Below, in pieces: positions 13,149 to 25,529 of a DNA stretch of 64,000 bases (within the stretch, counting starts at the first letter, position 1; every line of letters begins with the position of its first letter). The DNA is from Carcharhinus longimanus. Taxonomy: Eukaryota. The position numbers and the translations under genes were made by a program. The stretch lies in the NCBI GenBank assembly GCA_030264375.1, contig JASCQW010000061.1:118583046-118647045 (forward strand). Reading direction: 5' to 3'. A model generated the notes under the pieces. The model was not told where the DNA came from. It saw only the letters and a list, made by a program, of their open reading frames with translations, and made no database searches.

Positions 13149-15145
13149 GGTTCTGAAATCTAAACAAAGGAAACTACAAAAGGAAGAGGTGTGAGTTTAC
13201 TAAGGTAAACTGGTGCACTTCATTAAAAAGGAAGATGGTGATAGACAATGGTTACTATTTAAGGAACGAATGTTTGCATTGCAACAATTATACATGCCTT
13301 TCTGGTGCAAGAACACAATAGGAGAAGTGATCCAACCAGGGCTAACAAAAGACATTAGATAGTATTACATCCAAAAAGGAGTCATATAAAGTTGCTAGAA
13401 AAAGTAGCAAGAACTAGGAGCAGTTTAGAGTTCAGCAAAATGAGAACCAAGAAGTTCATTAAGATGGAAAATATAGGGTAATAAAGAATAAACTTGCGAG
13501 GAACATAGAAGTAGACTATAAAAGCATCTATATGTAAAAAGAAAAAGATTAATCTAGACAGATATAGGTGTCTTACAATCTGACAGAATCCATTTTTTAA
13601 ACATTCTTAATCTTCTTCCAATTTATTACTGATATACCTCAAAAATGTCACAGAATTCCTACAATGTAGAAGGAAGCCATTTGGCCTATCAAGTCTGCAC
13701 TGACAACAACAATTCCACCCAGGCTCCATCCCCATAACCCCACCATGTATTTACCCCGCTAATCCTCCTGACGCTAAGCAGCAATTTAGCACGGCCAATC
13801 CAGCTAACCCGCACCTCTTTGGAGTGCGGGAGGAAACCAGAGTGCCCAGAGGAAAGCCACGCAGACGCGGGAGAAAGTGCAAACGTGGATGTGTTGGTTA
13901 TCGTCTTCCAAAATTCTCTAGATCGTGGAAGTGTTCCAGCAGATTGAAGGTCGGCAAACGTAAATTAACTATTTAAAATGGAAGGGAGGGAGGCAGACAG
14001 ACAGAAAAGGGAGAAAACAGGAAATACCAGACTGGTTAACCTAATATCAGTAATAGGGAAACTGCTAGACTCTATTATGAAGGATGTGACAACAGGACAC
14101 GTAGAAAATATCAACTGGATTAGACAAAGATATATAAAAAGAAACTAATGTTTGACAAACCTACTGAAGTTTTTTTTGAGCCTATAACTAGAAGACTGAC
14201 GAGAGTGAACCAGTGGATGTGGTGCATTTGAATTTTTATAGGCTTTTGATGAAGTTCCATGTAAGAGGTTAGTGTGTAAAATTAAAACACATGGGATTGA
14301 GGGCAATACATTTTCACGAGCTTTGGCTCAGACAGGAAACAGAGTATAGGAATAAATGTGCCTTTTTCAGAGTGACAGTGGAGGCTAGTGAGGTACTGCT
14401 GCCACTGAAAGCTTACTTAAGTTTATTTATTAGTGTCACAAAGAGGCTTACATTAACATTATAGTGAAGTTACTGTGAAAATTCCCTAGTCACCACACTC
14501 TGGTCTGTTCAGGTACACTGAGGGAGAATTTAGCATGACGAATGCGGCTACCTAGCACGTCTTTCAGACGGTGGGAGGAAACTGTAGCACCCGGAGAAAA
14601 CCCATGNNNNNNNNNNNNNNNNNNNNNNNNNNNNNNNNNNNNNNNNNNNNNNNNNNNNNNNNNNNNNNNNNNNNNNNNNNNNNNNNNNNNNNNNNNNNNN
14701 NNNNNNNNNNNNNNNNNNNNNNNNNNNNNNNNNNNNNNNNNNNNNNNNNNNNNNNNNNNNNNNNNNNNNNNNNNNNNNNNNNNNNNNNNNNNNNNNNNNN
14801 NNNNNNNNNNNNNNNNNNNNNNNNNNNNNNNNNNNNNNNNNNNNNNNNNNNNNNNNNNNNNNNNNNNNNNNNNNNNNNNNNNNNNNNNNNNNNNNNNNNN
14901 NNNNNNNNNNNNNNNNNNNNNNNNNNNNNNNNNNNNNNNNNNNNNNNNNNNNNNNNNNNNNNNNNNNNNNNNNNNNNNNNNNNNNNNNNNNNNNNNNNNN
15001 NNNNNNNNNNNNNNNNNNNNNNNNNNNNNNNNNNNNNNNNNNNNNNNNNNNNNNNNNNNNNNNNNNNNNNNNNNNNNNNNNNNNNNNNNNNNNNNNNNNN
15101 NNNNNNNNNNNNNNNNNNNNNNNNNNNNNNNNNNNNNNNNNNNNN

Positions 15146-15470
15146 NCGCGGTAGAGGAGCAGACAGTCAGTAGGGACGCCCCCCCCCCTCCCCCCGGACC
15201 TATTGATCGATGGCGCGTCACGCCAGGCCCAGGAGCAGGTTCACGAGGAGATCGGCATCCTGGCCCTCCCCTCTCCGCACCAGGTGTCCGTAGATCAGGA
15301 GCGTGGGACTGAAGTGCGAACAAAACATCAATAAAAGGTGTTTGAGAAAATCAAAAAGGGTGTGCAATCGATAACATGAAACGTAGACGTGGTCCACGGA
15401 CTCCACGAGGCCGCAGAAAAGGCAGTCTCGGGAGCCCGTGAACCGGAAAAACATACGGTTGTAGAACTGC
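15146..15470 (-). mobile_element. Tx1/L1-clade LINE ORF2 C-terminal fragment
   Basis: CLFCGLVESVDHVYVSC zinc knuckle, followed by FSPTLLIYG...LLVNLLLGLA. Confidence 0.75.
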
Positions 15471-15489
15471 TATGCTATCGCTCCATCTC

Positions 15490-15895
15490 TCGCAAAGGTG
15501 TCAGTTTTGGTTCCGTTGAATCAGAGGTTGAGAGTTCAAGTCCTAAAACGGAGATCTGAGCACATGATCTCGAGCACAACTTAGTACAACACCGAGGGAG
15601 ACTTATATTAATGGGGACACCATCTTTCACGTAAGATGTTAAACAGAGATAAGACGGATGTAAACGATCCCATCTCACTATTCTAAGAATATCAGGGGAC
15701 TTCCCCCCAGGATGCGTAGGCAACACATTCTGCAAACATCATTAAAACAAATTATGTGGTTTTACCTCATTGCTGTGCACAAATTTGCTGCTGCAGTTTT
15801 GTCCATCACAATGGCAGCACTTAAAAAGTGCTTCATTGGCCGTAAAGTGCTTTGGGATGACGTGAGGCTATATAAACGCAAGTCTTTCTTTATTA
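15490..15895 (+). mobile_element. Deu-domain SINE (SacSINE1/AmnSINE1-like)
   Basis: GATGTAAACGATCCCATCTCACTATTCTAAGAA..AGGGGA Deu-like core, and L2-like tail GCTATATAAACGCAAGTCTTTC. A further fragment lies at 6597-6667. Confidence 0.65.
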
Positions 15896-16699
15896 ACAAT
15901 ACCTAAATCACTACTAAGTTTGCTGCAATCACATGAAAACATTTCTGTTATTTCTTAATGCTTTCAATAAGTTAATCCATATGTTTTTTGACCTCATCCT
16001 AATAAAAAAGTAAAGCCACCATAGCCCCAGATGACCAAAGGCTGCTCTCCCCTTTTGAGAGAGAGAGCCAACTGGTAGTGATTTCACCAGAGGATCACCA
16101 CACCTCAAGCGAGATGCAAGACTGAGAAGGCAAACTTTCGTGAACAACCTCATCTTTAAACTGTTACTTGGCCACACTGCTTGGCGCAATTTAGCAAATC
16201 ATTTCTTCCAATTTATTTATGGTCAGAGTGAACAGCAGTGACCATTAGATTCTTATAGAATCTACCATTCACGGTCCTGCAGAGTGCATTTCCTACTGCC
16301 AAGTCAATTTTCAAACAAGCTAGTTAATTTGGTACTAATTATACAAGTTCAAAAAGACCCATGGGAGAAGGCTCTCAAATAATTTATTTTTGCTGGAAAT
16401 CTGCTCAAAGAAGTCTAGCAGATTAGCAAGGCATAATCTACTGCTTTGAAATTAAAACGGTCCAACCGATTAGGGTCTCTTCTTAAATTAGAGGGCTGTG
16501 GATAGAATCTGTAAAATCTGCACCAGCATTAACCATCACAAACTTTGGTCTGAAATGCCCAAGTTTGTGTATCACTCAACATTTATGTATCAGGATAGCA
16601 CTGTGTGGACTACTGCCCAAAAGTAGTACAATAATTGCACAACACATGGTTCAATGGAAAAGATAGAAGTTTATGAATAATCTATTGACGAGAGAACAT

Positions 16700-16860
16700 G
16701 ATCCAAAAACAGAAAATGCTGGAAAACTTCAGCAGGTCTAACGGCATCTGTGGGGAGAGAATAGAGTCAATGTTTCGAGTCTAGATGATCCTTTGTCAGA
16801 GCTGCTGAGAATTGCCAGCATTTTCTGTTTTTCATTCAGATTCCAGCATTTTGCTTTTAT
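16700..16860. mobile_element. Second Penelope-like family remnant with inverted ends and a decayed hammerhead
   Basis: Inverted repeats AAAAACAGAAAATGCTGG / CCAGCATTTTCTGTTTTT. Minus strand reads CTGACAA-A-GGATC atcta GACTC-GAAA-CATT. A related, more decayed copy lies at 63325-63460. Confidence 0.6.
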
Positions 16861-17028
16861 ATTAGAGAATATGAGCAGTTACTTCCTCTCACTGAAATAT
16901 TTTTGATATGACTATGTTCCCCTCTTCAAATCTTAGAGTTACCCGGGGTGTGCCAAACTCAAAATGCTATTGTGCCTCTGTCGATTGCTTTTTAAACACA
17001 ACACAAAAAGATTCCAGATATTTCTTAC

Positions 17029-17187
17029 CTCCATTGGGACGGGATCTAAGCCAGCACAATTTTCATTACATTTATCGTAGACTAGTCGCAACTTCCTGAA
17101 AAGCACAGACAATTGGCGAAGATGTTCTTGCAGCTTCCCCTGCCTATCCTGGTGTGTGGCAGTGTGATACGATACACCATTTGGCAA
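17029..17187 (-). CDS. MED30: MED30 second coding exon (159 nt)
   Basis: LPNGVSYHTATHQDRQGKLQEHLRQLSVLFRKLRLVYDKCNENCAGLDPVPME. Poly-T/CAG acceptor and GAG|GTAAGA donor; phase 0/0. Confidence 0.97.
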
Positions 17188-18185
17188 CTGAAAAAAAAAG
17201 CATAATTATTTATTTTAGGATAAAAATTTCAATTCACCACATCACGATGTTAATCCGTGAACAAATCCTTCAGACCAACCAAAATACCACTCTTGATAAA
17301 TTAAGTGATGTTATCATAGAAGTCATAAGGTGCTAGCAAAGTTATTTCTTGACTAAGATTTCTTAGGTTTGCCACTACAGCAGGGTTTAGGTTCAACTTA
17401 AGCACAAGGCGCTTTAGTCACAAGGTTTGCCAAGTCATTATGGAAACTAAAACACTTTCCTACCCAAGGAACAGGATGTTTTACTTTGCTGAGCTACTGG
17501 AAGCAGGAAAACTTATGATCCAATTGTGGTCACAAAATTACATCTTTTTCTGACAGGTTAGGCATGCCAGATTTAACTCAATATTTCAAAAGCAAAAACT
17601 GTCTGCGTTCAAGCAGGGAGGAAAGAGAATCGTGGAGATCCAGACAGAGGACAGGAGGTGAACAGAAACAAAAATTGAGATCGAGACAAAGAAAAAAGGT
17701 AGAGATAAAAATCGTGATCCTTCTAAATAAATAATGCAATAATGAGTTGTCGGCAAAATCCTTCCCATCTCTAAAAACCCTGGCAGGTAAATGCCTCACC
17801 TGGGGGAGAGGGGTTAGCACTTTCACAGTAAGATTCACTTTGCTACGATACAAAATGTTTTCCCCGACATACACAGTTTAAAAAGTTACATTAGTTGAAT
17901 ATCAGGAACAAATATATCAATGGCATTTTCCTTCATTGTTTTAATGAATCATCTTAAATGCATGTCCTCTGGTAATGGATCCTCCCTCCAGTGAGAACGG
18001 TTTCCCTCCCATCTCTTCTTTGGTCTGAATTTTGCACCGTTGGACACGCGCACTCAATAGTCATGAAATTGTTTTGACGATGGGGTAAAAACACCATGGA
18101 ACTGTACACAAATACTGGATGTTACAAAGGACTGGAGCTTTATACTATAAAATGGACACAAACTCCAAAGATGGCTGAGAATGTA

Positions 18186-18735
18186 CAGTGAGAAGTCTCA
18201 CAACATCAAGTTAAAGTCCAACAGGTTTATTTGGTAGCACAAGCCACTAGCTTTCGGAACGCTGCTCCTTCATCAGGTGAGTTGGATTTCAGTTCACAAA
18301 GAGGGCATATAAAGACACAAACTCAAATTTACAAAATAATGGTTGGAATGTGAGTCTTTACAGGTAATCAAGTCTTGAAGGTACAGACAATGTGAATGGA
18401 GANNNNNNNNNNNNNNNNNNNNNNNNNNNNNNNNNNNNNNNNNNNNNNNNNNNNNNNNNNNNNNNNNNNNNNNNNNNNNNNNNNNNNNNNNNNNNNNNNN
18501 NNAATTTACAAAATAATGGTTGGAATGTGAGTCTTTACAGGTAATCAAGTCTTGAAGGTACAGACAATGTGAATGGAGAGAGGGTTAAGCAAAGGTTAAA
18601 GAGGTGTGAATGGTCTCCAGGCAGGACAGTTAGTGAGATTTTGCAAGTCGTGGGGATTACAGATAGTGTGACATGAACCCAAGATCTTGGTTGAGGCTGT
18701 CCTCATGTGTGCGGAACTTGGCTATCAGACTCAGA
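18186..18735 (-). mobile_element. Penelope-like element 3' part (end of GIY-YIG ORF plus pLTR with hammerhead)
   Basis: Minus-strand translation ...LIAKFRTHEDSLNQDLGFMSHYL*, followed by the pLTR shared with other copies; contains a 100-N gap. Confidence 0.8.
18244..18280 (-). ncRNA. Minimal type I hammerhead ribozyme in Penelope-like element (intact core)
   Basis: Minus strand: UCAC-CUGAUGA-A-GGAGC agc GUUCC-GAAA-GC-UA-GUGG. Stem I (U)CAC/GUG(G), stem II, palindromic AGCU stem III. Confidence 0.8.
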
Positions 18736-18739
18736 CGCT

Positions 18740-19160
18740 GTACTTCCCCCCCTACTCCCCCACCACCACCAGAAAAATGTGACCCACATCCTCCCCCCAC
18801 CCCCACCCAGAGAACGATCTGACCCGCCACCCTTCTGCCCCCTACATCTGAGTCAGAGAGCCGTTGGAAGCACTGTACGGGCTTCTTCAGCAGCTGGAGC
18901 GCCCGATTCAGACTTTCATTTAGCAGGTCCGTTACGGCGCGGTTCCGGATTGGCAAACGCGGTTATAAAGGGGGAAAGGCTGATAAAGTTGGGCGGGCAG
19001 TTCATTAATTCAATTTAAATGCAAATACATTTAAATTGCTGTTGCGCAAAGCGGATCGCCGCCATTCCCGGGTTTCGGTAGAGTGGCAATCCGGTAAAGT
19101 CCTCACATCTGACTTTACCACACTTTCGCGCCCAAAACGGCAATGGTAAAATCAGGCCCG
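18740..19160. mobile_element. GC-rich TIR/MITE-like element
   Basis: AT-rich near-palindromic core (CAATTTAAATGCAAATACATTTAAATTG) and end GGTAAAATCAGGCCC abutting a CR1. Confidence 0.5.
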
Positions 19161-19849
19161 TAGTGTCCCGACTCCGATACCCAATGCCCTACCTGATGAA
19201 GACCAAACGCCTTCTTCGCCACTCTGTTTACCTGTGACGCCACTTTCAACAAACTATGTACTTGTATTCCAAGGTCCATTTGTTCCTCGACACTCTCCAG
19301 GGTACCACCGTTCACTGTGTAACTCCTACCCGGTTTGACTTTCCAAATTGCGATACCTCACACTTAGCTGCATTGAAATCCATTTGCCAATCCTCGGCCC
19401 ACTTGGCTAACTGATCGAGATCCTTCTGTAATTTTTGATAACCTTTGTCACTATCAAATGATATCCCATATCTCCACCTGGAATACTATATCCGGTTTTG
19501 GTCTCCTTATTTGAGGAAGGAGGTGCAATGGATGCAGTTCGGAGGAGGTTCACCATGCACGTGTTTTAGCATTTCTCCTTACATTTTAGTAGTTAATAAA
19601 CTTATTGCATCTTTACTCAAGAAAGCCCAGTTAAATTGGCTACTTTTTAAACATAACAGGTCTGGAAAAGGGAAAGGGAGCCTTGTTAGATTAAAACTTG
19701 TTACTACCAGCAGAGGCTGGGTCGAATAAAGACACAAAGGCATCCAGGTTGTAACAATTTGGGGTTATCCTAGCTCGGTGGTGACAAATCGAGGGGTCTC
19801 ACCCAGAACAATTTTTGTGGGACTTCACCTATGATTGATCATAGCAAAA

Positions 19850-21068
19850 TACACATCTGGCCATGATCGGCCACAGAACACAGGAGTTGCCCTCAAGTCA
19901 ATATTGACTTCACACGCTATCAAGTTTCATGACATCGGGTCAAATACGGACAAGGAAATATCTCTCCCCCGACCTCAGCTGACGAATCAGGGCTCCTCCA
20001 TATTTAACATCAATTGGAGCAAGCGTGACATGACAAAGGGCACAGAACGTACACTGGGTGGGGGAATTAAAATCTCCATCACCAAGGGTGACTTGACAGT
20101 ACCGTTACAGACTGAGCTGGTCGACTCTAAAGGGCATAAGCTGCGTACTGGGTCTGCGGCAGGTAGTAAGGGAACCAATAAAAGAGAAAACGTATTTGAC
20201 CTCATCTGCACTAACCTGCCTGTCATAGATGCAGCTGTCTCGGCCAGTGTTGGATATCAGTAGGGCACAGTCCTTATGGAGATGAGGTCTCACCTTCACG
20301 TAGAGGATACACCCAACTGTGTTGTCTGGCACCACCATTGTGGTGAATGGGATAGATTTCAAACAGCGACTCAAGACTGCACAACTATGAGGCACTGTGG
20401 GCCATCAGCAGCAGGAGAATTGCACTCAACCACAATCTGTAACCTCACGGCCTGACATATTTCCAAACTAACATTACCGCCAAGCCGGGGGATCGACCCT
20501 GGTTCAATGATGAATGCAGGAGGACGTGCCAGGAGCAGCACCAAGTTTACCTAAAAATAAGATGTCAACCTGGTGAAGATACAATACTGGACTACTTGCA
20601 TGTCTAACAGCATAATCAGCAAGTGGTAGATAGAACTAAGCTCTGCAATCGTGCCATTTCCAACTGTAAATGGTGATCAATAATTGAACAACTCACTGGA
20701 GGAGACGGCTCCACAAATGGGTCAATGGGAATTGGGGGCAAAACTCTCTGCTGGTTGGATTCGTAGCTAGCACAAAGGAAGACAGTTGTTGCTGTTGCTG
20801 CTCAATCATCTCAATTCTAGATTATCACTGCAGTAGGGTAGAATCCCAGGCCCATCCATCTTCAGCTGCTTCATCAATGGGCTTCCTTCCATCAGAAGTG
20901 GAGATGTTCGCTGATGAATGCGCAACGTTCAGCACCTTGGGAGACTCCTCAGATACTGAATCAGTCCATTTCTGAATGCAACAAATCTAGAAAATATCAA
21001 GGCTTGGGATGGACAATAAATGCTGGCCTGGCCAGTGAACCCCACATCCCTTCAATGAATACAAAAAG
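19850..21068 (+). mobile_element. Decayed CR1/L2-group LINE ending in GGACAATAAATGCTGGCCTGGCCAG..CACATCCC
   Basis: Endonuclease-like DLICTNLPV and RT remnants. Same family at 61760-62340; isolated tails at 1720-1830 and 30320-30418. Confidence 0.65.
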
Positions 21069-21519
21069 ATCTTTGCTGGTCTTATTTCCTCCTCATTTCT
21101 TCAGTTCCTCTTTGCACCTAAAATATTCTACTCGATTGCCTATTGTATTAGGATCCTGACCTTTATCACAGGCCCCCTTTGTCTGTTTTATTTTAATTTC
21201 AATTTCTTCAGGCATTCAAGAATTTCTAGTTTTGGATGCCTTTCCCCCTAACCCTCAATATCCAGTCTGTACCCAAATTAGCATTTCACTGAAGGCCTCC
21301 CATTGCTCAGCTATGGTTTAAACTTTGTTTCCATCCCAGTTGAGACAGATACCTTTGCAACACCGTGAAATGAACCGGCTTCCAGCTTATACCATGACTT
21401 TTTCGGTAACTATTCCAAATGTAATTGTATTTTGTGTTCCTCGACTGGAAGAGAACAGTCTTGCCTGGTGATTGTAGAGTGGTGTTCATTCATTTGTTGT
21501 CATAGCATCTACATGGCAT

Positions 21520-21962
21520 TTGGCCTCTGATCTTCAGTTAAGCGTTCTCCAAGGCGGCCCTCACGACATACAACAGCGCAGAGTCACTGAACAGAAACTG
21601 ATAGCCAAGTTCTGCATACATAACATGGCCTCAACCAGATCTTGCACGTCACACTATCTGTAACCCCCACAACTTGCCCAGACTTGCAAAATCTCACTAA
21701 CTTTCCTGTCTGGAAACAATACACATCTNNNNNNNNNNNNNNNGCTTAACGCTCTCTCCACTCACATTGTCTGTACCTTTAAGACTTGATTAGCTGTAAA
21801 GACTCACATTCCAATCATTAGTCATGTAAATTGAGTTGGTGTCTTTGTGCCCTGTTTGTGATCAGAACTCCCACCCAGCTGATGAAGGAACACCAGTTCC
21901 GAAAGCTTGTGGCATTTGCTACAAATAAATCTGTTAACCTGGTGTCGTGAGACTTCTTACTG
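21520..21962 (+). mobile_element. Penelope-like element 3' part
   Basis: ASDLQLSVLQGGPHDIQQRRVTEQKLIAKFCIH... (GIY-YIG C-terminal region), then pLTR and hammerhead, ending GAGACTTCTTACTG. Confidence 0.8.
21875..21912 (+). ncRNA. Minimal hammerhead ribozyme in Penelope-like element
   Basis: CCAG-CUGAUGA-A-GGAAC acca GUUCC-GAAA-GC-UU-GUGG. Core intact; closing pair of stem I mismatched. Confidence 0.7.
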
Positions 21963-24900
21963 AGTCTCAGTGTTCTCAGAGATCCATTTCCAGGGTGTCC
22001 ATCCTCTTTCTTCAATGGTGGGTCAGTGAAATGGGTCAATATGGCACCCAGATATGATGACAGAACTAGCGCCATCATGCCTGCCCCACCGTGGAATATA
22101 GCGTTAAGCTCCCGGTTGCATAATTAATGAGATCGGAGCTGGAAGATACGGCATTGTTTCTTGCCAGCCTTCAGTCGGAAGCGTACCTTGTTCCTACCCC
22201 CGCCACAGGACTTGTCCCCTGTGGGAGAATGCCACCTCACGTTCCCAGTTCTGATTGACATCATTAACTCTGTGGCATTGTTCCATGCCAATGTTTTCTT
22301 GGCAATAATCTATCGAAGTAACTATTCAGTGACTGCGTACAACTCTATTATTGTAAGGCTTACTGTGTTTGCCAATATTTGTCTAAATGAGATTGGAACA
22401 TGGTGCTCAAGGCCAATGCAGCTTATCGTGTCATTTTTTTTTTCTAGGTTGGTATTCTATGCAACCACACATAGATGACATTCTAACTCATACAGACCGA
22501 GCTTGTATCGTTGAAACAAGTCAGACCACAACATCCGAACGTAGCCCAGCGCTCAAAATTTCTATTTTTCATACTCTGTTCCCTATGGATGCTTATTTTT
22601 TGGTGCTTGCTCCATTTGCTCTCTCAATGGTTTAAAAAAATGCATACTATCTCAATGGTGTAACACTGCATTACTGGTCAACGGTGTAAAGAAAATAATT
22701 GATCTCAGCTGGCTGTCCTTTCCCTGGTTCCTTCCCTAATGTGCAAATCAGCCAGAACGCCCATTTCTGTTACTTGTATCCCCTGCTAAAAAGTGTATCT
22801 GAGTCAGGACCGACGATAGTTACGATCCTCCTGTAGTCAACCAGTCAAGACCATCGGTCAGGCTAACTCAGATGCCACCTGATTGATGTACCAATGGTGC
22901 TGCGTTTCTGTCTTCCTGCCCATCAGTTACTGACATTTCAGGCACCGTTGTGAAAAACACAAAAGAAAGTGAGCAAAACACAAGTTTGACGGACAGAAAT
23001 TGACAAAAAGATAGCTTCAAAATCATTAAAAACATTTTGGAATAAAGTCAACAATGGATCAAATCAAATGTTAACATGCTCGTGATAACACAAGTTGGTG
23101 GAGTCTGTTTAATAAAGTTGCTACGAATTCAAGTCTGACGTTAGCTACCTTCTGTGATGTGGCAAGAGCCACTGCCATCAGTTAATCCTCCAGCCTTCGA
23201 GATTCCAGGCGCTGAAGTGGCAAATGTAGCAAGTCCTGGAAAATGGTTTTTTTCCAGGCAGAGAGAAAAATTTTCAGGGAAGCTGCGAACTCACCAACAT
23301 TTCCCCATATCTTTACGACCGGCCATGTACAGAGATGGAGACAGATAGATCCGACCACTTTTCTCTGGCCATAATTTCAAGGGCCAATCGAAATGACTGC
23401 TTCGTTAGACGTTTAAATTACTTTTTCTTCACTTATAGTTTCTTCCCTGTTTGTATCCTGCAGAATTCTGACTTTCTCCTCTGTAATATTATGGTTATGG
23501 TAGATAATAGCAAGGGATGGTCAGTAAAATCCTATATTTTTAGCAGTCCAAAAGCCCCTTTAATCTGTCACAGCATATTCTTAGACTGCTTTCCGGTTTC
23601 TCTGATCACTTTTGTTTTAAAATGTTTCCCTTCATTTAATTCCATTTTAATTGACCTATTAATTCATTTTGAAGACAAAATATTTAATTTACTTTTCTTT
23701 TCTTGGGCATATATTGATGAACAATTTCAGCTAAATCAGTATGTGTGTTATCAGGAGTTTTGTGTCTACAGTGTATATGGTACATAGCCACGCGATTAGT
23801 CAGTCAATTTTCTCAGACTTCGCTATTCCAATCTCTGTGATTGCTGAGACAATTAATCATGAAAGAGGGGTGAGAGGTCAGAGATGTAACAGACAACAAA
23901 CCAATTATGTATTTGCAGTGCCACTTTTCCAGACAGCTGCCAGAGTTAAGTTCTTCCTGCTCACAAATACATTCCACAGCTTCAACAGCCTTAATTTACC
24001 TCTGGTTTAAAGGGTGGGGAGTTTACTCATAATTTTGTACTATAAAACAAATAATGTAAATGACATAACAGCAAATTAACTGACAGGTGAACAAAATTCC
24101 AACTTTATTTGCAGTCAAGAGCTACAATAAATTAACAGGTTGCTCGTACAAGAAAACGTCAGCTGCATATAGAATCTAGTTACAACAGTGAATTTAACTG
24201 GTGGCTACTTTATTTTACAGAATTCTAATCAAGTGTAACAAACACCAATTTGGACAATAAAATACACAAACTGAAAATGTGAAAATATCTCATGGAGAAC
24301 AGGTAAAGAGAAAAGATGGTGTTAGACTGGAAAGTACCCAATTCCACTGAGGTGAAAGAGAATTTATTCCATGCAAATTGGTTGGAAAGCCCCCTGGAAC
24401 TTATAATCTAATTGTATTGGTGCAAAATTGATCGTGTGTGGGTTTTCTGAGTTGTCTGAAGGACCCAACTGGAGGGCACATTCCCTAACGGTCAATTTTA
24501 AGTTACTGAGCAACAAACAAAACAAGAACAGATCATTTCCTGCTGCACAAGGGCTGTTCTTTGGATGCCAAGAAAAGCTGTTTCCAATTGCAAGAAGATT
24601 AATGTTTTTAAAGCTACTGACATGACCTGATCAATGTCTGTGAATGAAAAGATTTATAGACAGTTTTGAGCTTGTGTATTTTCAAACAAATCCAGTGTTC
24701 AAAGGAAGTCATACGAAGTTTTGTAAAAACTGGGTAAAACGTTCATAGTTTTTAACGAGCAGAAAAAAAATTTAGCCACCGAAAACTGATGACACATTTA
24801 TGCACAGAGTTAGCAATTATTTTAAGGCTCATAAATATAACTATTTTGTTTTTGTCATGTTCTAGTTGTACAAACAGCAAAATCTCACTCCATTATAAGG

Positions 24901-25375
24901 CATGCAAATACAGCAGCTCCCAGGACAAAGGAACCAGATGACTGATTATGCAGGCATTTTTGAGATGGAAAGTTTGAAATTTCAGAACTATTTCTTCAAC
25001 ATATACCTTGCTGCAGTTATCCAAAGTCTTGGTGAGGTTCTGGAATATCGTGTGCAATTTTGGTCTCCTTATCTGAGGAATGATGTTCTTTCTACAGAGG
25101 GAGTACAGCAAAGGTTTACCAGGCTGATTCCTGGGATGGCGGGGCTGATGTACGAGGACAGACTGGGTCAGTTAGGATTATATTCGCTGGAGTTTNNNNN
25201 NNNNNNNNNNNNNNNNNNNNNNNNNNNNNNNNNNNNNNNNNNNNNNNNNNNNNNNNNNNNNNNNNNNNNNNNNNNNNNNNNNNNNNNNNNNNNNNGGTGT
25301 TGGGATGGCATAGAAACCTATAAAATTATAACAGGACTGGACAGGGCAGGAAGGATGTTCCCAATGGCGAGGGGC

Positions 25376-25529
25376 CTGTTTGTGAACAGAACTCCCACCT
25401 ACCTGATGAAGGAGCAGCGCTCCAAAAGCTAGTGGCTTGTGCTACCAAATAAACCCATAGGACTTTAATCTGGTGTTGTGAGACTTCTTACTGTGTTTAC
25501 CCCAGTCGACTGCCTGCATCTCCACATCA
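25376..25529 (+). mobile_element. Penelope pLTR fragment inserted in a CR1
   Basis: Hammerhead relic plus terminus ...GCATCTCCACATCA; the CR1 resumes at GGGGAGTCCAGAAC. Confidence 0.8.
25399..25435 (+). ncRNA. Hammerhead ribozyme relic (GAAA changed to AAAA)
   Basis: CUAC-CUGAUGA-A-GGAGC agc GCUCC-AAAA-GC-UA-GUGG. G12 lost, consistent with CpG decay. Confidence 0.65.

Larger units (their letters stand above)
10760..14400 (+). mobile_element. CR1 LINE 5' part with ORF1 (zinc finger plus SGNH esterase) and ORF2, decayed and nested
   Basis: VECSSC..YVCWKCLQLQLL, IVTGDSTVRG and VHIGTNNI motifs; EN and RT remnants; interrupted by a Penelope fragment and V-SINEs. Confidence 0.85.

Noticed and set aside
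14490-15323. Long ORFs spanning N runs (also 45267-46236 and 47849-48364)
   Set aside because: Their length comes from unknown bases.
18323-18582. Apparent tandem duplication inside the Penelope element
   Set aside because: Identical sequence on both sides of a 100-N gap, most simply an unmerged contig overlap; a real tandem pLTR cannot be shown here.
19560-19790. Possible LTR end (TGTAACA) plus decayed tRNA-Pro primer-binding site
   Set aside because: The match is too degenerate and no partner LTR or internal ORF is visible.
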